From the NCBI GenBank assembly GCA_027036135.1, contig JALVSY010000007.1, positions 708,880 to 772,879 on the forward strand: a DNA stretch of 64,000 bases. The letters run 5' to 3'. The stretch's first letter is position 1. The number at the start of each line of letters is the position of its first letter. The position numbers and the translations under genes were made by a program. Under the pieces are notes generated by a model. The model did not search any database and was not told the DNA's origin. It worked only from the letters and a program-made list of their open reading frames with translations. The DNA is from Pyrodictiaceae archaeon. GTDB lineage: Archaea; Thermoproteota; Thermoprotei_A; Sulfolobales; Pyrodictiaceae. Positions 57,659 to 64,000 of this stretch are shown here, in pieces.

Positions 57659-60600
57659 ATGAGCCTTCATATAGGGCCTCTCCACTACTCCGGTATAGTA
57701 CCATTAGTAGCCCTATTAGTACTGATATATGGTGTTGGTAAGGCACTAATTGGCAGAGATGCCCGAAGGATCCTAAAGATAGGGTTCTTGTTAATCATTA
57801 TTGGCTGGCTTATATATTGGATACCTTATGTTACCCTGGACTTTAGCCTAAAGGAAGTATACTGGGATACAAGCCCGGAGTTGCCCCTCTGGATGCGATT
57901 CGCAGCAGCTTGGGCAGGTAGTGGCGGAAGCTTATTCCTCTTCACACTAATAGCTAGCCTAGCATCGCTCTATGCGCTGAAAAACGCCACACGCTGGTTG
58001 CAAGTCGCGCTAGGCTCTATAACAATAATAGGTCTCATAGCAGCTTTCCTTAATGACGCCTTCACAGCCCTCCCCTCAACTCCCCCTAGCGGCGCCGGGC
58101 TTAACCCCTTGCTAAAGAGCCCCTGGCTATACCCTCACCCACTTTCGACGTTTAGTGGCTATGCCTTACTAGCTATAGCAGCAGCAGCGCTCCTAGCCGG
58201 ACAGAAGAGAAAGGGATACACACTCTACGAGATAGGCTGGGCCTTCCTCACCCTTGGCATACTATTGGGTGGGTACTGGAGCTATGAGACATTTGGCTGG
58301 GGTGGTTACTGGGCCTGGGATCCCGTGGAGACAAGCGAGCTAATGGTGTGGCTAGCAGCCACGCTATTACCACACATACTTTATGCAGCTCCAAGTCTCG
58401 CTGATTTCTCGGAAGGCCTCATAGCCTCCAGCGTGTTCTTAGCAATGTATGTGACGCGCACCGGGCTAAGCCCACTTCACAGCTTTGCCGCCCCAAGCAT
58501 AGGAGCAATAATACTCCTCATCACCGGGTATTCATGGCTCCTCCTAGCAACAATAAAGCTCTACTTCAAACTAGAGCCAGGCATCCGCGACTTAGTAAAT
58601 AGCTTGAGAAGCGGTAGCACGTACCGAGTAGGCATCACTATAGCCGCGCTTTCGCTCTTAGCCGCTACCTTGTTTGTCTACAGCACATTACTGGTCCCGG
58701 CTACAATAATAGCCACAGGTAAGACAGCTAGCGTCCCGCAAATGAATTCGGGTATTCAGTATTTCCACCCAGTTCTCTATCCACTATTAATAACCATGCT
58801 AGCAGCTATGCCAGCAGTGTTCCTCGGAGAATGGCTCGGATGGCGAGGCTACTTCGCCTTACTAGTCACAACGGGTCTTGCGGCAACAACTCTTGGATTA
58901 GCTGCTTACTATGATAAGGTTACCCTAGCGCCTCTAAGCCCTCTCGGAACCAATGCCGAGATGGCCTTTGGACTTGTATGGGCAGGGGTAGCTGCTGCAT
59001 CAACCCTAACATATCTTGGACTCCGCGCTCGTAGAGGACTCCGCGTTCTTTTACGTGACCGCTTGGGTGGATTATCGTTACTTCACTTGGGACTAGCTAT
59101 AACTGTGATAGGGGTGCTACTAAGCGGGACATATGCGTTTAACCAAGCCTATATGAAGACATATCATGTTAAACCTGGGCAAGAAATAGATTTACCGGGC
59201 GGATTCAGACTAGTATTTAAAGGATTTAAGTATAGTATCAGTCATTCAAAGGTGGACATTTATACTAGATACGTAAATCACGCCACAAGTTATTACTATG
59301 GGCAACTGGCACTTTACACTCTTGCCCAAGATTTTGCGCGAACAATACAGAGCTACGAAAAAGGAAAGATCATATACAAGGAGAACCCCATTATAAGAAC
59401 CCTAATAAACATTGCCTCGAAAAAAGCGATATTCTATCCAGGAAACTATACAATAGAGACCCGGGCAACAATAAGATATATAAACTTTGCAACAAATATA
59501 ACACTATTATTAACCGACAACGAACCCGTTAAAATAAAGATAGTAAACATGACCCTAGAACCCCTAGTAAACCAGAACCCTAATACTGGCAAATACTACC
59601 TCTACATGCCGATTCAAGGAAATAAAATAGAAATGATACTGCCACGGAATATATCAAAATTCATAACACCAGAACTAGGAGTACACGCCTTCCTAGCAAT
59701 ACAGTTCACGAAACCAGCAAGAATCATAACCAAAAACTTAACCATAATTATCAATAATGCATCACTATTATCAGAGCAATTCGTAACTGGAGGACAAGGA
59801 GCACCACTAAGGGTAAAGAACAATACTATAACTGGTTCGTTCGCTGTACTTGACATAAGGCATGCAAAGATAATTACAAAGAATGGCACAACAGTAACTA
59901 TACCAGCACAAATACCAGCAAGTGCAATAATATACTACTCTATAACAACTAATCCGACCTACAAGAAAATATTAGAGGCCATTAAAGAGACCGGGCTCTA
60001 CAAAATACTAGCCAATCCAGATAACATACTTAGGCTCGCATTTACGCAGAAGTGTATAAATGAGATGAGCAAGGGAGCATCATTTGCTCCTCCAAGTGAG
60101 TGCCTTGCCTATGTTAGGGCACCGAAGCTAGTACCAGAGACGGCATGGTTAAAACTCCAATTCAAACTAATAAGAGGACACACATCCAAGGAAATCAATA
60201 CCAGAATAAGGTACGAGGCGTATGGCGAGATACAAGGCATACATGGGCTTGTGCCGAAAGTTATTCATCCAGGAGAGGGCATAGACGAGGTTTACATAGT
60301 ATTGGAGCCACCTATGATTAATAGTTTCCTTTATGGCAACCAGATGGCTTACCATGAACTCTTTATTTACTATCTACATGAAGTATTCAAGAATCTGACG
60401 CCTCCCCAGAGACTTGCACTAGCAGCTGTAATGATTGGCGGATATGAGTCCGATATGTTGAAAACAATGAGTGAACAACAAGCCCAGAACCTGCTTGAGG
60501 GAAGCCTCATCGACGTATACATACTAGCTTCTAAGTTTAGTCCAATGAACTCTACAATATATAGAGAGGGGTTACTAGTAAAGGTCAAGATAGTGCCAGG

Positions 60601-60691
60601 TGTAAGACTTGTATGGATAGGACCCATAATAATGGCGGCCTCGGCTCTCTATCTGGCAGGCTTTGCACTATTTACGAGGCGTGAAGGCTGA
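57659..60691 (+). CDS. ccmF: Cytochrome c heme lyase CcmF with a large extracytoplasmic insertion
   Basis: WAGSGGSL, GLNPLL...HP, WSYETFGWGGYWAWDPVET (WWD), TRTG..LHSF, HLG and PGVRLVWIG. Confidence 0.93.
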   Translation: MSLHIGPLHYSGIVPLVALLVLIYGVGKALIGRDARRILKIGFLLIIIGWLIYWIPYVTLDFSLKEVYWDTSPELPLWMRFAAAWAGSGGSLFLFTLIASLASLYALKNATRWLQVALGSITIIGLIAAFLNDAFTALPSTPPSGAGLNPLLKSPWLYPHPLSTFSGYALLAIAAAALLAGQKRKGYTLYEIGWAFLTLGILLGGYWSYETFGWGGYWAWDPVETSELMVWLAATLLPHILYAAPSLADFSEGLIASSVFLAMYVTRTGLSPLHSFAAPSIGAIILLITGYSWLLLATIKLYFKLEPGIRDLVNSLRSGSTYRVGITIAALSLLAATLFVYSTLLVPATIIATGKTASVPQMNSGIQYFHPVLYPLLITMLAAMPAVFLGEWLGWRGYFALLVTTGLAATTLGLAAYYDKVTLAPLSPLGTNAEMAFGLVWAGVAAASTLTYLGLRARRGLRVLLRDRLGGLSLLHLGLAITVIGVLLSGTYAFNQAYMKTYHVKPGQEIDLPGGFRLVFKGFKYSISHSKVDIYTRYVNHATSYYYGQLALYTLAQDFARTIQSYEKGKIIYKENPIIRTLINIASKKAIFYPGNYTIETRATIRYINFATNITLLLTDNEPVKIKIVNMTLEPLVNQNPNTGKYYLYMPIQGNKIEMILPRNISKFITPELGVHAFLAIQFTKPARIITKNLTIIINNASLLSEQFVTGGQGAPLRVKNNTITGSFAVLDIRHAKIITKNGTTVTIPAQIPASAIIYYSITTNPTYKKILEAIKETGLYKILANPDNILRLAFTQKCINEMSKGASFAPPSECLAYVRAPKLVPETAWLKLQFKLIRGHTSKEINTRIRYEAYGEIQGIHGLVPKVIHPGEGIDEVYIVLEPPMINSFLYGNQMAYHELFIYYLHEVFKNLTPPQRLALAAVMIGGYESDMLKTMSEQQAQNLLEGSLIDVYILASKFSPMNSTIYREGLLVKVKIVPGVRLVWIGPIIMAASALYLAGFALFTRREG

Positions 60692-61341
60692 TGGCGCCTG
60701 TACTTGAGGCACGCAATATATGGAAGGCATATCGGCCCCGAGACTGGGTTTTACGCGGCATAGACCTAACAATTAACACAAGCGACTTCGTGGTAATTGT
60801 CGGCCCCAATGGAAGCGGGAAAACAACCTTTTTAAAAATAGTATCCGGGCTTCTACGCCCCAGCAAAGGCGATATAAAGATATGTGGGCATAAACCTTGG
60901 AGCATCGAAGCCAAGAAGTGTAGAGGAGTTGTCATGCACTGGAGCTTCCTCTATGACGAATTAACTGTTGCAGAAAACCTTAGCTTCTATGCCACTCTTA
61001 GCGGTATACAAAAATATGCACCATATCGAGACAAGATTGTCCACACACTGGGTCTAAATAAGAGACTTCATCAATTAGTGGCGTGGCTCAGCTTCGGATG
61101 GCGGAAAAGAACCGATTTGGCTAGATCATTGCTTGGAGAGCCTAAGTTATTAATACTAGATGAGCCGTTAACAGGACTTGACCCAGATGCTAGCACACGA
61201 CTACTAGAATCACTAAGAGACTACGTTGATAAAGGAGGAGCAATACTTGCTGCAACCCCTAAGGGTGAGGAAGAACTGTTAAAGAGTGCTACCAGAGTAT
61301 ATGAGCTTGCTAATGGGAAACTTATAGAGTCTAGAACATAG
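60691..61341 (+). CDS. ccmA: Heme exporter ATP-binding subunit
   Basis: GPNGSGKTT, LYDELTVAENL and LDEP, inside the ccm operon. Confidence 0.85.
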   Translation: MAPVLEARNIWKAYRPRDWVLRGIDLTINTSDFVVIVGPNGSGKTTFLKIVSGLLRPSKGDIKICGHKPWSIEAKKCRGVVMHWSFLYDELTVAENLSFYATLSGIQKYAPYRDKIVHTLGLNKRLHQLVAWLSFGWRKRTDLARSLLGEPKLLILDEPLTGLDPDASTRLLESLRDYVDKGGAILAATPKGEEELLKSATRVYELANGKLIESRT

Positions 61342-61390
61342 GTTCCTTATTCAATATGATGTATAGTCCTGGCTACAAACGGAGATAGAG

Positions 61391-62467
61391 GTGCTGGAAT
61401 TGACGAATATCAATAAATATGGCTACATATTAGCAATAATCTTCATAATCGATGCTATTATTAGTAGCTATGCTGTCCTAAAAGCGCCTTACCCTGCATT
61501 CGTGAATCTAGGCAGCCCCGCTGCCTATCTAAATATTTACATCCATGTCCCCGTGGCTATGAACAGCTACGTGCTCTATACCGGTGCCTTTATAGCCGCA
61601 ATACTCTACTTAGCCAAACGAGAAGAACGCTATGATAAGTACGTCTATGCATTCACCCTCGTGGCTACACTATACGCTGCTTATACCCTAGTATCTGGTA
61701 GCATGTGGGCGCACGAATCATGGGGTTCCTACTGGAACTGGGACCCAAGAGAGACCGGTGTACTATTATTATTCTTATCATATCTCGTCTATTTCGCGCT
61801 CCGCTCAAGCATAGTCGACCCAGATAGAAAGCCCGTCGTATCATCGACCTACGCCATTGCCGCTTATGCAATGGTTCCAATAAGCTATGCTGCGCCAAGA
61901 ATAGCGAGTTCAAGCCTACACCCAACTATGACGCTCCTTCAGGGCTTCATGGAGCAACTTGAGGTAAGGGCAATACTTTATACAAAGATAATACTAGTTT
62001 TACTAATAGGCCTTTTAGCGGTAAAACTATACGTTGACAAAGAGCATTTATCGCAAAATTCTAAGAGAGCACTAAAAATAGCCATTCTCATCTCCATAAT
62101 CATTATCATAGCCGTTGCAAGTTACTTATCCTCACAATACGCCGGAGGAAAAATTACTAGAGTATACGCTGTATTTGGATCTCCTTTGAGTGCTAAGCTA
62201 TTAGTCAGGGAAGGAAACAGTTTCGTAAATATCTCTGTAGCAGAAAAACTAACCAAATACGTTGTTGCGGGGAGAATAGCTCTAGTGGGCCATATTATCA
62301 AGTTAATAGGCTTACATGGAAATAGAGCTGAGAAAATCGAAATACTTATACCTAGTTGCGTGATACTCGATTTTATATTTTACGCCCTATTTATTTCGGG
62401 ACTAGGCTATATCCTTCTTCACAAGAAAAAAATTGTAGGGGAGGAGGAGTATGAAGAGCAAGGCTAA
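61391..62467 (+). CDS. ccmC: Heme chaperone loader CcmC (C-terminally extended)
   Basis: IYIHVP, GSMWAHESWGSYWNWDPRET and SLHP. Confidence 0.92.
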   Translation: MLELTNINKYGYILAIIFIIDAIISSYAVLKAPYPAFVNLGSPAAYLNIYIHVPVAMNSYVLYTGAFIAAILYLAKREERYDKYVYAFTLVATLYAAYTLVSGSMWAHESWGSYWNWDPRETGVLLLFLSYLVYFALRSSIVDPDRKPVVSSTYAIAAYAMVPISYAAPRIASSSLHPTMTLLQGFMEQLEVRAILYTKIILVLLIGLLAVKLYVDKEHLSQNSKRALKIAILISIIIIIAVASYLSSQYAGGKITRVYAVFGSPLSAKLLVREGNSFVNISVAEKLTKYVVAGRIALVGHIIKLIGLHGNRAEKIEILIPSCVILDFIFYALFISGLGYILLHKKKIVGEEEYEEQG

Positions 62468-62858
62468 ATTATTCTCAATCGCTGCCGCACTATTTGTTAT
62501 ATTTGCTGGGATAGGTTATTATGCTGTAAAAAGTAGTTCATACATGGATGTCTCCCAAGTACTAAAACTTAATCACCGAGCCGAGGTTACTGTCAAAGGG
62601 CGTCTCGTAGGTACGCAGTATAACGCACGTGCAGGAGAGTTATATATATTACTTGAGGGGAAGAATGGGGCGAAACTGGTTGCGATTGCTAATGCAAAGT
62701 ACATAGAGGAAAAATATGGCCCTATACAGTACCTTCAATGGGACCCAAATAATGTTGTTATACAAGGAATATACGATCCTCATCAACATGTCTTAATAGT
62801 AACGAATATCCTTGAAGGGTGCCATAGTAACTATAATCAGCCAGCTACACGAGCATAG
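62451..62858 (+). CDS. ccmE: Heme chaperone CcmE, CxxxY (System I*) variant
   Basis: N-terminal TM helix, OB-fold (VTVKG...VVIQG) and ILEGCHSNY. Confidence 0.85.
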   Translation: MKSKAKLFSIAAALFVIFAGIGYYAVKSSSYMDVSQVLKLNHRAEVTVKGRLVGTQYNARAGELYILLEGKNGAKLVAIANAKYIEEKYGPIQYLQWDPNNVVIQGIYDPHQHVLIVTNILEGCHSNYNQPATRA

Positions 62859-62976
62859 ATAATATGAATCCAAGTCCAGGCTCAACTTATTTCTACATCT
62901 CCTTAGTTCTCGGGTCAAGAACATTAGGATTAGCAGACAATCACTAAATGTATGCAACAACGCCTGGGGAAGGGAA

Positions 62977-63651
62977 GTGGAACAACTAGTTGCATTGCTT
63001 AGAAAAGATGTACTGATTATTAGCAGACGTTGGCATGAACTAGCCTCGCTTATCATAATATCGATCGTCATAGGAATAGGCGTGGCTTATATGATATCGG
63101 GGCCCTTGGCTCCGCTGGCTGAGCGGCTTGATGCAACTGTAGTGGTGGCTGCAGGACAAATAATAGTTTATTTCATAATATCCATAGCTACGGGTTTTAT
63201 AGCAGTATTGCGAGAAGCTGAAAAAGGGACCCTTGATGGCTTGCGAGCTTCTCCTCTTAGCCCGGAGACTCTTTTTGTGGCAAAGCTGATTTATGTATAT
63301 TTGATAATAATTGTTTTATCCTTTGCATATTCCCTTGCTACCATCTTCTTTTCTGGGTATACTAGTATCTTTAATACGAGCTATATAGTGCTTAGTCTCT
63401 CTATAAGTCTTTATTTCGCGTCAGCAACTGCTTTAACCTCCTTTATGATAATCTATAGTGAAGCACGTAGCCTTCTCTCAATGGTGGTTTTATCTGGGTT
63501 GCTTGCTCCATTTCTACAAGAGGCTGATAGGGCGCTAGCAGCAGCTGCGGCAGGAACTGCGACTGGAGGCCAAGCTGCACAGATACTTGGAGCAGCATTA
63601 GCATTCGCGGTTATAGCTACTATATTGTCGAAGCCGCTCTCAGAGATCTAA
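62977..63651 (+). CDS. ccmB: Heme exporter permease CcmB
   Basis: LLRKDVLI..R and REAEKGTLDGLRASP...LFVAKL, six TM helices. Confidence 0.85.
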   Translation: MEQLVALLRKDVLIISRRWHELASLIIISIVIGIGVAYMISGPLAPLAERLDATVVVAAGQIIVYFIISIATGFIAVLREAEKGTLDGLRASPLSPETLFVAKLIYVYLIIIVLSFAYSLATIFFSGYTSIFNTSYIVLSLSISLYFASATALTSFMIIYSEARSLLSMVVLSGLLAPFLQEADRALAAAAAGTATGGQAAQILGAALAFAVIATILSKPLSEI

Positions 63652-63721
63652 GGAAGCGCGTGGCCGTTCAGAGGCTTTATTTAAGCGGTTTACATAAAAA
63701 GACTTAATTATTCAGCTGTAC

Positions 63722-64000
63722 TCAAGAGGAATTTTGTCTTTTCCTCCTAGGAGGCTCCAGAGGACTTAGTCCTAGTCTTCTTCTAACCCTATTCACAACG
63801 CGGTAGAGTGTTTCGTAGTCTACTTGGTCGTCGCTTATCATGCCTAGGCTGTATTTCTGCTTACAGCTCTCGCACATGAGTAGTTGCGGCATCTTTTCCG
63901 GGTGATGGCCTTTTAGTATTAGTCTCTCAATAGTCTTCTCTATCATTGCTGCTGCTCCTAGCGGCTCGCCGCATACTATGCAACGAAGGCTCTCTTTAAG
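63722..64000 (-). CDS. C-terminal part of a ferredoxin-type (4Fe-4S/Zn-binding) protein, truncated by window edge
   Basis: The frame is open to 64000: LRCIVCGEPLGAAAMIEKTIERL...LLMCESCK. Confidence 0.6.
   Translation of the reverse strand, partial: LKESLRCIVCGEPLGAAAMIEKTIERLILKGHHPEKMPQLLMCESCKQKYSLGMISDDQVDYETLYRVVNRVRRRLGLSPLEPPRRKRQNSS

Noticed and set aside
1-64000. CRISPR array, tRNA/rRNA genes, transposases or integrases
   Set aside because: No regularly spaced repeats, cloverleaf/T-loop signatures or DDE/tyrosine-recombinase motifs were recognised by eye. Intron-containing tRNAs could have been missed.

Overview
Gene-dense 64-kb stretch of a hyperthermophilic Thermoproteota (crenarchaeal) chromosome. 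It is most like Desulfurococcales/Pyrodictiaceae, inferred from QueF-like, PaREP1, COG1672 ATPases, GGTGA/GGAGG RBSs and TTG/GTG starts. Housekeeping genes (sirC, proline-dehydrogenase-like alpha/beta, RsmB/NOP2 methyltransferase, trkH, proC, pyrF/pyrD, K+ channel, SF2 helicase, QueF-like, MoxR, lutA/B, amrS, acdA, panB/panE) flank two lower-GC accessory blocks. Block 1 (18.5-26.8 kb) is a decaying toxin-antitoxin cluster followed by amt, an HTH regulator and a quinol-dependent NO reductase. Block 2 (50.4-63.7 kb) holds a stalked octaheme HAO-family cytochrome, a Cys-rich NarO-like regulator and a System I* cytochrome c maturation operon, headed by an unusual thioredoxin-cytochrome c-CcdA fusion. 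The NO reductase and octaheme promoters share a TTAAC-N4-GTTAA palindrome, suggesting an undescribed nitrogen-oxide regulon. Other highlights are a 49-aa secreted micro-peptide gene (predicted mature RDIGDIPDA) divergent from a double-HTH protein, tandem palindromic operators upstream of two archaeal ATPases, a candidate K-turn/C-D RNA, and several single-base lesions that hide or split genes in the ORF track. No tRNA, rRNA, CRISPR array or transposase was recognised. All family calls come from motif recognition by eye, not database searches.
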